DNA of 64,000 nt from Sedimentisphaerales bacterium (lineage in GTDB: Bacteria; Planctomycetota; Phycisphaerae; Sedimentisphaerales; Anaerobacaceae), in assembly GCA_963708075.1 (NCBI GenBank), contig OY970194.1:7360001-7424000 (forward strand). The letters run 5' to 3'. The translations under genes and the position numbers were made by a program. Below the pieces are notes generated by a model. That model searched no databases. It worked only from the letters and a program-made list of their open reading frames with translations, and was not told the DNA's origin. Positions 50,996 through 62,462 of the stretch are shown here, one piece after another; positions within the stretch are counted from its first letter, which is position 1; each line of letters begins with the position of its first letter.

Positions 50996-52180
50996 ATGAA
51001 GCAAAGGATGTTGCTTGGCCTGGCGCTTCTCATGATCGTGATTTCGGCGTCGTGCCGGACCCGGCGCGTGGAGCCGAAGATCGAGTACGACCGGCCGCTG
51101 CCCCCCGGACAACTGGCCCTCAGGAAGATCACCGACCCCAACCGCTTTCCGGACTTTACACAGGGTTGGCGCGATCTGGATAGTCTCCAGGCGGCGATCC
51201 GCAAGAGCCAGAGCTACCTGGCCAAGCCGTCCAGCAAGCAGTACTTCCCCTATGGCGATGTCAATCACGACCGGGCCGTCAAGACCCTCGACACGTTCTT
51301 GACGTTGCTGGATTCCGGCGCCAGAAGCGACGAGATCAACGGCCTTGTCCGCGCGCACTTCGATGTCTACGAATCCGTCGGCTGCGACGACCGGGGGACG
51401 GTTTTGTTCACAGGGTACTACACGCCGATCTTCGATGGTTCCCTCACGCGGACCCTGCAATTCCGATATCCACTGTACAAAGCACCGGTGGATCTGGTCA
51501 AAGGGCCGGACGGCCAGACGCTGGGCCGGCGCGAGGCCGACGGCCGGATCGTCAGCTACCCGTCGCGAACCACCATCGAGGATTCCGGCATGCTCAGAGG
51601 CCAGGAACTGGTATGGCTGAGCGATCCGTTTGAGGCCTACATCGCCCACGTGCAAGGCTCCGCCAAGATCAGGCTGCCCGATGGCCAACTCGTCACCGCG
51701 GGCTATGCGGGCAACAACGGGCAGGAGTATCAAAGTGTCGCCAAGATGCTGATCGCGGACGGGAAGATTCCGAGTGACCGGATGAGCCTGGCCGCCATGA
51801 TCGACTACTTCAAGGGCCATCCCGAGGAAGTGGATAGATACGTCCGGCGAAACCCGCGCTACGTGTTCTTTCAGATCGGCGAAGGGCCGCCACGGGGCTG
51901 CCTGAACGAGCCCGTGACAGCCTGGCGCACGATCGCGACCGACAAGTCCATCTTCCCTCGCGCGTGTCTGGCGTTCATCGCGACGAACCTGCCCCAGATG
52001 GAGCGGGGCGTAGTGGTCGCGAGGCCCTGGAACGGCTTCATGCTCGACCAGGATGCCGGCGGGGCGATCCGCGCGGCAGGGCGGTGCGATGTCTACATGG
52101 GTGTCGGCGACGAAGCCGGCCAACTAGCCGGCCAAACCTACCAGGAAGGCCGCCTCTACTATTTGTTCCTCAAGCCGTGA
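50996..52180 (+). CDS. mltA: Membrane-bound lytic murein transglycosylase A (lipoprotein)
   Basis: Lipobox-like 'SASC'; 'FTGYYTP','HVQGS','NPRYVFF','IATD','DQDAGGAI...RCDVYMG'. Confidence 0.9.
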   Translation: MKQRMLLGLALLMIVISASCRTRRVEPKIEYDRPLPPGQLALRKITDPNRFPDFTQGWRDLDSLQAAIRKSQSYLAKPSSKQYFPYGDVNHDRAVKTLDTFLTLLDSGARSDEINGLVRAHFDVYESVGCDDRGTVLFTGYYTPIFDGSLTRTLQFRYPLYKAPVDLVKGPDGQTLGRREADGRIVSYPSRTTIEDSGMLRGQELVWLSDPFEAYIAHVQGSAKIRLPDGQLVTAGYAGNNGQEYQSVAKMLIADGKIPSDRMSLAAMIDYFKGHPEEVDRYVRRNPRYVFFQIGEGPPRGCLNEPVTAWRTIATDKSIFPRACLAFIATNLPQMERGVVVARPWNGFMLDQDAGGAIRAAGRCDVYMGVGDEAGQLAGQTYQEGRLYYLFLKP

Positions 52181-52299
52181 CGATCTCCGGCGTGGAACTC
52201 GCACCGGTCCTGTGTCACGTTATGTCAGTCCCGCGGAGAGTCTGCTGGCCATATGGCCCGGGCCGGAATCCCGACGAAAGGACTTTGACACATGAGGAC

Positions 52300-53449
52300 T
52301 AAGTAGGTAGCCAAAAGTCTTCACACAAAAGCCTTGAGCCAGAAATCCGCCGACAAGACACCGGCTTTGCGGAGGCCCTGGGTCGCAGTTAGTCCCAAGA
52401 GCCACTGTTCCGCGTAGGCCGCCTCATCATCAATCGTTTGGAACTGGCGATTGGCCGCAATCAACCGTTTCAACTCCTTCCAGAGATGATCCTGAGAGTT
52501 CAGTTCCGGGCACTGCTTCGGCAACCACAAGAGGGTCACCTCCAAGTGGGTGGCCAGTCGTTGGCTTTTGATCGCCTGATGAAAAGAGGCCTTGTCCAGC
52601 AACAGCCAAATCGGGCGTCCGGGATACCGTCGCCGCAACTCCCGCAGGAAGGCTTGAAAGTCCTCTTGCCGCTGGCGGGGCCGACGCAGGACCACCCGGT
52701 GTCCGGTTCGTGGATTGATCGTGCCGAACAGAACCCGTTTGTCGTTTTGGCCCGTGATCTTGACCTGCGCCTGTTCGCCGCGAAACGCCCACACATAGCG
52801 CAAGGGCGGAAACCAGCGGAGGATGGTCGCATCCGAAAACAACAGCACCGCCAGCGCCGGCATCCGTTTCAGGCGGCGAACCAGGCCCCCTTTTTCTGGG
52901 CTCGGTTCGGGTCCTTGGTCGCATAGACATACCGGGGACGTTTCCACCGCAGATCCAAGTCCCGCATCCGCCGCCGCAGGGTACGAGGCGAGATTGCACA
53001 CCCGTACCTTTGCTGGAGGTGATCTGCCAGCAAGGACACCGTCCAACCCGTGGCGCGATAGCCCAAACGCATCGGGTCCCGGCGGAACTCGCGTACCAGA
53101 CGGGCGTCCGTGATCGGCGTGGCGACCGGAGGCCGTCCGGAACGCGGTGCGTCCTGCAGGCGGTCTGGACAATGGGTGTGCAGATAGGCCCGCACCCAGC
53201 GATAGACGCTCCACGGCCGGGTCCCGGTGATCTGCGCTGCTTCCGGAACCGTCCGACCCTGGGCCACCAACAGGATCGCTTCGATACGCCGGTAGGTGCG
53301 AATGTCAGCGACCCCCTGTAAGGCCCGCGTAAGACGATGTTTATCATATCGATCGAAACCACGTTCTGAGGCGCTCTTCGTTCTTCGCATGTACCCCATC
53401 ATACACGCGAAGAGAATCGTTCCTGTGAAAACTTTTGGCTACCTACTTA
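52300..53449 (-). mobile_element. IS630-family insertion sequence
   Basis: Ends TA-AGTAGGTAGCCAAAAGTCTTCACA / TGTGAAAACTTTTGGCTACCTACT-TA (1 mismatch); empty site CTAG; orfA HTH 52869-53402; orfB catalytic domain ends at 52321. Confidence 0.95.
52321..53402 (-). CDS. IS630 transposase (orfA/orfB, -1 frameshift at A5G5, 52886-52895)
   Basis: 'PRSGRPP','WKRPRY'; catalytic 'FSDAT','LLDKASFH','ELNSQDHLW'. Confidence 0.85.
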
Positions 53450-53972
53450 GCACAGCAGGGAGTGGAGAGTATGTGCGCATAATCGGCCCAGGCGAGGTGG
53501 TCTTCGATAGCCCGTGGTCGGTGGCCAGCCCCGACCAATCCACAACCGAAGGCCGTCCCGCCGCCCTGAAAACTCCAGCGTCTTCCTTACTTCTTTCTTG
53601 CCCTACTACCCAATGTCTGTCATAATGCCTGCGCATTCCTTGACGAGCATCTGCGACGAAATGGTGGCATGTTGGCTTGAGACCTGAGGCGACCGTGGGA
53701 AGTGCGCGGGCGTTTCTTTTCAGAAGATTGGTATCAGTGGGTCCTGAATGGACTTCCATGCTCCGCACGAGAAGAATGTGGTCTTGGCGCAAGTCGAACC
53801 CGGTCAAGGAAGACGAGGAACGCGTACTCGAACCAGCAGAAGAATTGCACAGCTTTGAAGCAAGCATAAGGTTGGGGCAAACTGCCGTGTATGTTGTGGC
53901 TTCGGGCACGCTGTGGAATGCCATTCGTGACTGTCCTTGTTTTCACATTTTCGCGATAGGAGGAATAGCATC

Positions 53973-54347
53973 ATGTCGCTAATCGTTCTACCCCGGAACA
54001 CCGGCCCCGAGGCCGTGGCGGAAGCGGAGCACAAATTCAAGGCAGCCATTGAAGATCCTTTGACTGTCCTGATGGTGGTGTACGGCGAAGGGCCTGACGT
54101 CGAGAAAACCCTGGAAGTGTGCACGGCTCGGGCACTAGTGAAGGCAATCATTCGCCGGGTCGTATGGGTGCCCGATCCAGGCGTACTCTCGAAGGAATTG
54201 AAGGCGAAGTACTGGAGAAAGACCTGGGCTGCCATATCCATCGGACTCGACGACGAGGTTGCTGAGGATCTGACGATGGCGAAGGCGAAGGTGCGCATCT
54301 ATGTAGAGCAGGCCTTTCTCCACGCAGAGGGTCAAGGAGGTAAATAA
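53973..54347 (+). CDS. Hypothetical protein (alpha/beta, 124 aa)
   Basis: RBS AGGAGG; TAATG coupling to the next gene. Confidence 0.65.
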   Translation: MSLIVLPRNTGPEAVAEAEHKFKAAIEDPLTVLMVVYGEGPDVEKTLEVCTARALVKAIIRRVVWVPDPGVLSKELKAKYWRKTWAAISIGLDDEVAEDLTMAKAKVRIYVEQAFLHAEGQGGK

Positions 54348-56469
54348 TGTCGTATCGGATGGTTCTCGCCATGTTGGTTGTCTTCGCAGCAGGATGTACA
54401 ACCGGCGATAAGGGGGACCTGGCCACCCCGGATAAAGGATCTGACGCTGCGACGCCAGAGAACACCACACCGTCAGCCAGCAGTTCTCTGGGCAACGCCT
54501 TCTCGTACACCGAATTGCCCGAGGGAAAGCACGCGAAATCGATGGATTGCAGGGGACACTTGGCTGCCGTGGACTACAAGAGCAAGCTCATCATCAAACC
54601 AGACACGGATCGCGTGAAGGAACTCGCGAACACGAAAGAGGATGTCCTGCCCCCCTTATCGCCGGAGGTTCAAGCCAGGCTTCAAAACCTTCCGGAACTG
54701 ATTAAGGAAGCTGAGAAATACGTGGACGACGCGACCCGTGTGCTCAGGGCAGTAGAGGCGGCAAAGGCTTCCGGGCGGGAGTTGTCGCCCAACGAAATCA
54801 GACAACTCCAGCAAGAGATTGTCGCCCAAGGAGTGCAGGGGGGAAACTCATGGACCTTGTGGTCGAGGTTGCGGAAGCGCACGCGCGGGCTCAATATAGG
54901 GATGACGAAGACGCTGTTGTAGCCGAGGTTAGCCGATTGACGGATCCGCTTGTGAAGGATGCACGCGGCAATGACGTTATTCTGAACGTCGAGGCATTCG
55001 GCGCATTTCTCGGGGAGGAGATCGACTCGGCGACGGCGGAGGCGCGCCGGGACGCCGAATTGGCGGAACGGGAGGGCGCCGTCTTGTTTCGCATGTGGGC
55101 ATGGCTGGACAGTCAGTCCGATTGGGTCAGTATCGAGAACTACTTCGACGCCGGGGGGTTTGAGGGACCGAAACGTCCTCGGGTGACGTTTCGGATGTCG
55201 GACGCTGACCAAGAACGCTTGAAACAGGGGTATCAGTTGGCCGATGAGAGTGCGCGTTTTGTTCGGGACATGCGGAACAAAGAATCATCGTTGCGGGTCA
55301 GACTGGCGTCCCTTTGGAAGACGTCTTCGCTGGAGTTGAAGGATCTCGCCGAATTACCGGCGGACGTGATCGCCAAGGATGCCAAGGACGTGCTCATGAC
55401 GACCATTGACAAGGCGAGCGGTTCTTCTGAGGCGACCGATGAAGAGAAGGAGGAACTCGCCGAGCTCAAAACGTTTCTGGATAAGGAGCTGAATGACGAT
55501 CTGACCAGAACACGGACTGTCTTTCAAAAGCTCGAGGCGATACCCTCGTCAGCCGAGTTCATCAATAGGTACATTGCCTTCACCACGGATGTCAACGCGG
55601 CACTGGATGTTGTCATCAGGTTGCCCGAGAAGATTCGCACGAACATCGGGCGTCTGGATGTCCTAGCGGATGTCTTAAAGAAAATGAACACCGAGGAAAG
55701 AAAAGAACTGCTCGCGTCTGTGGAAGAACAGGTGCTTCCGAACACGAAAGGGCAGCTTGATGCGCTGGTCGACAAGGAACTGGTCCAGTACGCCACCCTG
55801 GCGGCGAAGGTGCAGGGCTTACTGAGCGCGGGCCAGCCTCTGAATCTGGCCAAGGGACTCGAGACGACCCGTGAAAGACCGCCGGTTCGAGCGGTAAGAC
55901 TCGACGAGATTACGGATGGCGCCATCTACCTGAACAAGACTCGAGCGGACCGGGGCAGCGAGCTTACGATCAGGACAGAGCTTTTCACGACGGATGAGAA
56001 GGGGAAGGAGACCGTGCAACAATGGTCGGAGCAGAGCTTTCAAGTAGATCGCTACGGGCTTACCAGTGATTTCTCGGCGAATGTGCTGTTTGTGAATCGT
56101 TTCGGCGGCGGCGAGCCGGGAGATCCGGACACTGACTTCGACCCTGCACCTTCGGCGTCCTGGAATCTGCACTATCGCCTCCGGCCCGACGCAGACGACG
56201 ACTGGCTCAAGAAACTGTACTGCTTCTTCGATCCCGGCTTCGGGATCAACACGGCGGTCCTGGACTTTGAGGATGAGAACGTTCAGATCGGCGCCGGCGT
56301 ACACTTGACATTGTTCGAAGATCTGCTCATCTTTGGTTATGGCTACAACCTGCAGGCGGAAACCGACAACGACTACTTCTATTTCGGCATCGGTGTTCTT
56401 GAGGCCCTTGACACGATTGGCAGTCTGTTCGGGGCTGCATCGGGTACTCTGAATCGGGGAGCGAACTGA
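54347..56469 (+). pseudogene. Putative lipoprotein (helical body, beta-rich C-terminus) split at a G6 tract, 54838-54843
   Basis: Lipobox 'FAAGC'; ORFs 54347-54922 and 54850-56469 overlap; G7 or G4 would fuse them. Confidence 0.6.
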
Positions 56470-56560
56470 CGTGTCTCAGCCGCGATATAGCCAGCCCGAT
56501 CAAAGTGCCATTCCTGCAACCTCATTCAAAGATTCTAAATGCCGTCGCAGGCCGACGACC

Positions 56561-56630
56561 TAATTCTTGAGTTTCGGATTCGATTAGTTGAATTTGTTTC
56601 GGATTTCGACATTCGAATTTCGAATTTGAC
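56561..56630. repeat. 7-nt-period intergenic repeat (TTCGAAT/TTCGGAT units)
   Basis: tttcggattcgattagttgaatttgtttcggatttcgacattcgaatttcgaattt. Confidence 0.6.
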
Positions 56631-56642
56631 TCCAGGGCCGGT

Positions 56643-57824
56643 TCAGCGGCCGGAGGGCTTCTTGTCTTCTACCAGCATGTTTCGCAGGTAGATGTGCAGG
56701 CTGCCGCTCCAGGGTTTGGTGCAGATGTCGATGTCGCCGTCGCGATCGACGTCGGCGGCTTTGGCCTCGTGGCATTGTTTGCCTTCGAGGATCGTGTGCT
56801 GTTGCCATTGTCCACCCTTGCCGTCGGCGTTCTCCCAGATGAACAGTTTGTGGGTCTCCGGCGAGAGGGGGCCGCCGCCTGAGTAAACGTCCAAGTCCCC
56901 GTCATTGTCGAAGTCCGCCACGGCCAGCGAATGGAAATCCTGTTTCGTGTGGTCGGCGGAGATCAGGTGGCATTGCCACGATTTGGCGTTGTCCTTGTTT
57001 TCGAACCACAGGATCCGGGCGTCCACGGTGTCGGCCTCCGCCTCGATGATGTCCAAGTCCTTATCCTTGTCCACGTCGCAGACCCAGACTTTGATGGCCA
57101 GGCCGTAGCGGTCGGGCCGGTTGCCGCCAGTCGGGGTCAGGTCCGCATGCTCCTTCCATTCGACGCCTTCGCCGTCGGCGTTTTCAAACCACACATCGCC
57201 TCGGACGACATCGTTGTCGCCGTCGCCGTCGAGGTCGCCGACTCCTTGCGGGCCGACGCCGCCGTGGATGCCGCCGCCGATTTTGTGCACGGTCCACTTC
57301 TCGCGGGGATTCGCGGGCATCTCCTGCCAGACGGTGAGAACCTGGTCCTTCTGGTCGCTGATGGCGACCACGTCGAGCCTGCCGTCGCCGTCGATATCGG
57401 CCGCCACGTCGTCGTGACAACTGATCGTGCCGACATCGTACCGCTCGAACGGTTCGGTGCGCGGCTTTCCGGTGTTGCGGTACCAGGCCGTGCCGGTGAT
57501 CTGGTCGATCCAGCCGTCGCCGTCGATGTCGAACGCAGTGCCGCCGACATCGGTCACGGCCCCCTGGCCCAGATCATGCTGAATCCACTGGTCCGGGCCG
57601 GCGCACTCGAACCACCACGTCCTCTTCCGCTCGCCGACGACCCAGTCCAGGTCGCCGTCTTTGTCGATATCGACGAGGGAGGTCTGCCCCATCTCCCGCC
57701 CGATCTCGGCGATCTTATGGTACTCGAATCGCGGCATGGCGGCCGAGGCCGAGCCATCGCCGACGATGGCAACCAGGATGAATACCATCAGCAGAGCGCG
57801 TGTTTGTGTGTGTGGTGTGAACAT
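56643..57824 (-). CDS. Secreted FG-GAP/VCBS repeat beta-propeller protein
   Basis: Seven DxDxDGDLD-type motifs; signal peptide; RBS AAGGAG. Confidence 0.88.
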   Translation of the reverse strand: MFTPHTQTRALLMVFILVAIVGDGSASAAMPRFEYHKIAEIGREMGQTSLVDIDKDGDLDWVVGERKRTWWFECAGPDQWIQHDLGQGAVTDVGGTAFDIDGDGWIDQITGTAWYRNTGKPRTEPFERYDVGTISCHDDVAADIDGDGRLDVVAISDQKDQVLTVWQEMPANPREKWTVHKIGGGIHGGVGPQGVGDLDGDGDNDVVRGDVWFENADGEGVEWKEHADLTPTGGNRPDRYGLAIKVWVCDVDKDKDLDIIEAEADTVDARILWFENKDNAKSWQCHLISADHTKQDFHSLAVADFDNDGDLDVYSGGGPLSPETHKLFIWENADGKGGQWQQHTILEGKQCHEAKAADVDRDGDIDICTKPWSGSLHIYLRNMLVEDKKPSGR

Positions 57825-58082
57825 ATCGGCTCCTTTCCTGTATCTCGACCGGTGGCATGGCCGGCCCTTGGGCTCCGCTTGGAGCGTGCGAAGAAACTGA
57901 CTACAGAGTGCCCGGAGAGCACGGTGACAGACCACAACATTCGATGCATAGCATACCACCGATCCGCCCGACGGAAAAGCAGGTAATTCGTGTCGCGGGC
58001 GGCCGCCGGTTGTCTGCACATGTGACTACATGATTCACCGATGAATCTATTCGGAAATGCGCAAATTACGTATTTCTACGTA

Positions 58083-58111
58083 TTGACAAATGCGAGAATA
58101 ATACTTCTAAT
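58083..58111 (+). promoter_or_regulatory. Sigma70-like promoter
   Basis: TTGACA-17 nt-TCTAAT in an AT-rich patch. Confidence 0.55.
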
Positions 58112-58798
58112 TACGTGTGTATCGGGGTCAAGGACGATCCGGAGGCGTTGTTTGCTACGGTTGGCCCCTAATGCCTGAGTGGATGCTCAGGTTGTCATCC
58201 TGCCTCTCTATGTCACGGAGGAGAGAAATCACCGAACAGTCACTCCGGGTGTTGTCTGCGCCTATGTGCAGGGAGCGCCTGAGGAGAAGCGCTACCGGTG
58301 TGCCTTCGGTGTTTCTTCACGGCCCGGCTTGTCAGGAGGACAACAGATGGAGAAGAGGGTGGCCAAGACATATGGCACAGGAGGTCGGAGACCCCGTCGT
58401 GTGCTCTCCCCGCGTTTGCGACCCGGGTGTTCTGTACCCGTGACGAATGGCAGTGTATTCGCGTACCTGTCCCGCAGAGGGGTCGAGGACGCGGAAAGGA
58501 GACCGGTGGCCTTCCGTGGTGGGCATGGCGGTCCCTGCGGCCTTGCGAGGCCCTACCTTCCAGGTACATCTGAGCATTCAAAGACGAGACAGCGCGAGCA
58601 TACCGACCTCTCAACATCATGCGGAATTCGTATGCGCGCGGGGGCCCCCGCTGATCTACAGTGCGCTGACAAATTGTAACGGATTGTCGGGACGGGCATG
58701 CACAGTCGAGCAGCCGCGAAGGCCGCGGTAGGCGCAGGAAGACGGTTCGAGCGGAGTGTGCCTGTCCCTAATCACTTAGCATCAGGAGGAGAGTTGAG

Positions 58799-59566
58799 AT
58801 GAAGAGGTTGAGTTTCATGTTTGCGGTGGTGGCGGTCCTGTCCGCGTCGCCATCATTCGCCCTGTTTGAGAACGGTGACTTTGAGATGGGGGATTTCACT
58901 GGATGGACCCTGGACTATGGACGCGCTCAGGGCACCGGATTGCCTGTCATCTGGGGTTGGCCTGACCATGGCCTGAGAACGGTGATTGACAGTACAGCCA
59001 CCATGGCAGGTCAGACTCTAGACATCAATCCCTACACGGGCAGCTACATGGCCAGAATCAACGACATCTTCGGCAGCTATCATGCCACGAAGATCTGGCA
59101 GGAGGACGCCATCACTCAGCAGGACATCGACAATGGGGCAAGGCTCTATGTGAACTGGGGCGCTGCCCTCATCGAGCCTTCCAATGAGCATCCGGTGGGC
59201 GATCAGCCCTTCTTCGGCATCACCGTTTCCGTGGGAGGCACGGTGCAGGACACCTTCTACGCTGACGCACTCACGAAGCAAGGCGGCGGTTGGACCGAGG
59301 CCGGAAATTCCGGAGGCAGTCTCTGGTACAAGACCGGACAATGGACGGTGGATCTATCCAGTTTCCCCATCGGGGAAGACGTCAAAGTCGAGATGTATGT
59401 CGCCGATTGCGGCTGGGGCGGTCACGGCGGCTACGCTTTTCTGGATAGCATCGGTACGGTCAGACCTCCGCTACCGCCGAATCCTGCTGTCCCTGCCCCG
59501 GGGGCTCTTCTGCTCTGCAGTCTGGGGACGGGGCTCGTGGCTTGGATGCGTCACCGGTCGATTTGA
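58799..59566 (+). CDS. PEP-CTERM-like (VPAP variant) sorting-signal protein
   Basis: Signal peptide; 'NGDFE.GDFTGW'; C-terminus 'VPAPGALLLCSLGTGLVAWMRHRSI'. Confidence 0.85.
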   Translation: MKRLSFMFAVVAVLSASPSFALFENGDFEMGDFTGWTLDYGRAQGTGLPVIWGWPDHGLRTVIDSTATMAGQTLDINPYTGSYMARINDIFGSYHATKIWQEDAITQQDIDNGARLYVNWGAALIEPSNEHPVGDQPFFGITVSVGGTVQDTFYADALTKQGGGWTEAGNSGGSLWYKTGQWTVDLSSFPIGEDVKVEMYVADCGWGGHGGYAFLDSIGTVRPPLPPNPAVPAPGALLLCSLGTGLVAWMRHRSI

Positions 59567-59611
59567 TCTCACATGAGTCCTGCCGGCGTGTGCGGGCTTA
59601 TGCAGATAGGA

Positions 59612-59650
59612 AAGCGGGCCGAGGTCCTGGACAAGGACTTTGGCCCGCTT
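59612..59650. terminator. Hairpin between convergent genes
   Basis: AAGCGGGCCGAGGTCCT-loop-AGGACTTTGGCCCGCTT. Confidence 0.55.
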
Positions 59651-60525
59651 CTCGACAAGGAATGAGGACTGGTCCACGATGTAGATACGGCTAAGCCTCC
59701 GTGCGGCCGCCAGTGGTGCAGCGGGCGGCTATGGGCGAGCTCTTCCCCATCGGTTTGCTCCATGCTAAGGGAGACCGATGCAGTAGAGGTTCCGCTTGCC
59801 TTTGAGATAGATTCGATCTCCAACGATGGCGGGGGAGGCGTCGAATTCGTCGTCGAGCTTGTTCGTGGCCAGGATTTTGAACTCCTCGGCGTTTTGGATG
59901 ACCTGAGCCGTACCTTTGCGGCCGACGAAATAGACGCGGTCGGTCGCGCCCACCGGCGAGGCGTAGATCTCGCCGACCTCGGGCAGGGACTGTTCGACGA
60001 AGTTGGCTTTGCCCGTTCGAGTCTGGTAGCAGGAGACGACGGCCTTATTGACGGAGCAGACGTAGAGATTGTCGCCATAGAGAATCGGCGACGGGACATA
60101 GGGTGTCCCTTTCTTGACCTGCCACCGGACGGCGTCGGTGCCGGAGAGGTCGCCGGTCCGGCCGAGCTCGATCGCCTGCAGTGCGCTGCCGCGAAAGCCG
60201 CTGGTGCAGAAGATCATGCCGAAGGCGACGATGGGAGAGGGAATGACGTTGGCCGTCTGGCCGCTGCACTGCCAGATCAGATCGCCGGTCCGCAAGTCGT
60301 AGCTGCGAATGAGCTTGGTCGCGCTGACGATCACCTGCGTCTTACCGTTCACGTCCGCTGTGACCGGCGTCGCCCAGGAGGTGGCCTCGTCGCGCGGCTG
60401 CTTCCACAGGATTTGCCCGGTCGTCTTGTCCAGCGCGTAGATGCATGATCCCGCCTCGTGATCCATCACGACGATCAGGGCGTCCCCGGCCAGGGCGGGA
60501 GAGCTGCCTTCCCCGAACGCCATCT

Positions 60526-61635
60526 TATTGATCTTTGAATAGTTAAAGTAAAAGTGACACGATGTCACAGTCTAAGCCCAGCATGCTTGAAGAACGAACG
60601 CAAGAGAGACTGGTGAGTTTTTGTCTGCTCCAGCGAATGTCGCACCGCCTGCGTGAGGTCAGTGAGATTCTCCGGGCAGAAGTTGGCCAAGTCCATGTAC
60701 TTCGTCCGCGTCCAGACCTGTTCATCAGGATTGAGTTGCGGGGCGTAGGACGGCAGCCATTCGATTTGTACTCGACGAGGGAACCGACGCCGGAGTTGCT
60801 CCACGGCGGACAGATGAACGGGCCAACGATCCAGGACCAGGATGATCCCGTGGGGAAAATGTTCAAGAAGTTCCGCCACGAGGGTTCTCAATGTCGGGAG
60901 TACGGATGTTGTGCTCTTGGAGCGCGAAGTACAGGTCCAGATGCCGACGCTGCGGCGAGACCGTGACCACCGACATTCCGGAGAGGCGGTCGTGACGCTC
61001 CCAACGGTACAGGAGCGGCGTATCCCCATGGGGACCCCAGGTCCGGCGGACCACCGGCTGGAGCATAAAGCCGGTTTCATCGAGAAAAACGATGTTTCGA
61101 CCGCTATGCCGAGCTTTTTTTTATACGCGGCCAGTCTTGTTGACGCCAACGGGCAATGGCCTCTTCGTCGCGTTCGCGCGCCCGGCCTTCGGGTTTCTGG
61201 CAACTCCAGCCGATGCCACGCAGCACGTGCCAGACCCCGGAAGGGTCGTAGCGGACGCCGAAACGCCTCTCGATCACTTCGGCGATCCGCTTCAGCGTCC
61301 ACAGGTCGGTCATATATCCGTGGGCGAGAGGACCTTTTAACAGCAACCGTTCCAGCTTCTGGCGTTGCCGGACCGTCAACTTGGGCCGGCGGCCGGGATG
61401 CGGCTTGGCCTTCAAGCCGTCCCGTCCCGCCTGCTGAGAAATCTTCTTCCACCGGGATACAGCCGCCGGCGAGACGCCGAGTCTCCGGGCCACTTCGCTG
61501 GGACCGTGACCGGCTTCGAGCAACGCGAAGGCCTGAAGCCGGTGACATTCGAGCTCTTCGGGTTTTCCTGGGGTTCTCATGCATGAAGATATCGATCCGT
61601 CACGGCGATTTACTTTAACTATTCAAAGATCAATA
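60526..61635 (-). mobile_element. IS630-family insertion sequence (second, distinct)
   Basis: Perfect ends TA-TTGATCTTTGAATAGTTAAAGTAAA / TTTACTTTAACTATTCAAAGATCAA-TA; empty site TTAA. Confidence 0.95.
60565..61580 (-). pseudogene. IS630 transposase (DD35E); -1 shift at A8 (61115-61122) plus an extra frameshift near 60885
   Basis: orfA HTH; 'VFLDETGF','LVLDRWPVH','LNPDEQVW' lie in two frames. Confidence 0.8.
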
Positions 61636-62462
61636 ATAGTCATTTTACCCAAGTCCCGGCTCCACTTGTGCTCGCCATTGAGATCGTAGCAGTGAACACC
61701 GCGCGAGCCGAAGCTCGCCCACACGTGCCGGCCGTCGGTGACGGGCGAGTACGATGCGAAGCCGTGGTTGGGATGGGTGCCCTCGTGCGGCACCTCCTCG
61801 CGGGCGGTCTTTTGCCAAAGGGTTCGTCCGGTCGCCCGGTCCACGCAGACCAGATCGAACTTATACACGTTCTTCGGCGCCTGGCCCCCGTGGAAAGGCA
61901 TCGGAGCGTTTGCGTCGGACACCCGGGCCTGCGTCGGCGTGCCCAGGCGATCTGTCTTGATGGCGGTGAGATAGAGAATCTTATCGGCCCAGATTATTGG
62001 GCTGGAGGTCCCTTCGCCCGGCAGCGGGACTTTCCACTTGATGTTCTCGGTTTCGCTCCAGGTCAGGGGCGGCTTGCCCGCCGGGGCGACGCCTGAGGCC
62101 CGCGGGCCTCGCCATGCCGGCCAATAGTCATCCGCCGACTCCGCGTAGATACTGCCCGCCAACAGCGCCGAAATGAGGATAGAACTTCTGAACGTCTCTG
62201 TGATCCTGCCCACTGGATGTCCTCCTGTAAGCTGTTTCGTGTACCGGTGATCGCCCCAACCAGGAAGGTGCGACATACCTGCGAACGTGCAAAGGATAAC
62301 AGATCGCCACGATCCGTGCAACCCAATCACAGTCGGCACTATATTGCCGCCGGACAGAGGGTAAAATGGTCGCGTGGCCGTCAGATTGCGACGGATTTTC
62401 CTCTTGCGGCGAGAATAGAAGGCGGAAACAGGATGAGTCCTGAATTGCTGATCGCGCGGTGA

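Larger units (their letters stand above)
59765..62213 (-). pseudogene. PQQ/BamB-like beta-propeller protein interrupted by IS630
   Basis: 'WPAWRGP','SSPI','SPVTDG','GSSP','WATP','YASPV'. Removing the IS and one TA restores ATG ACT ATT AAG ATG GCG in frame. Confidence 0.9.

Noticed and set aside
52430..53362. 310-aa ORF spanning the IS (likewise 60565-61584 as a single gene)
   Set aside because: Off-frame for the HTH and/or catalytic motifs; the transposase is made by frameshifting
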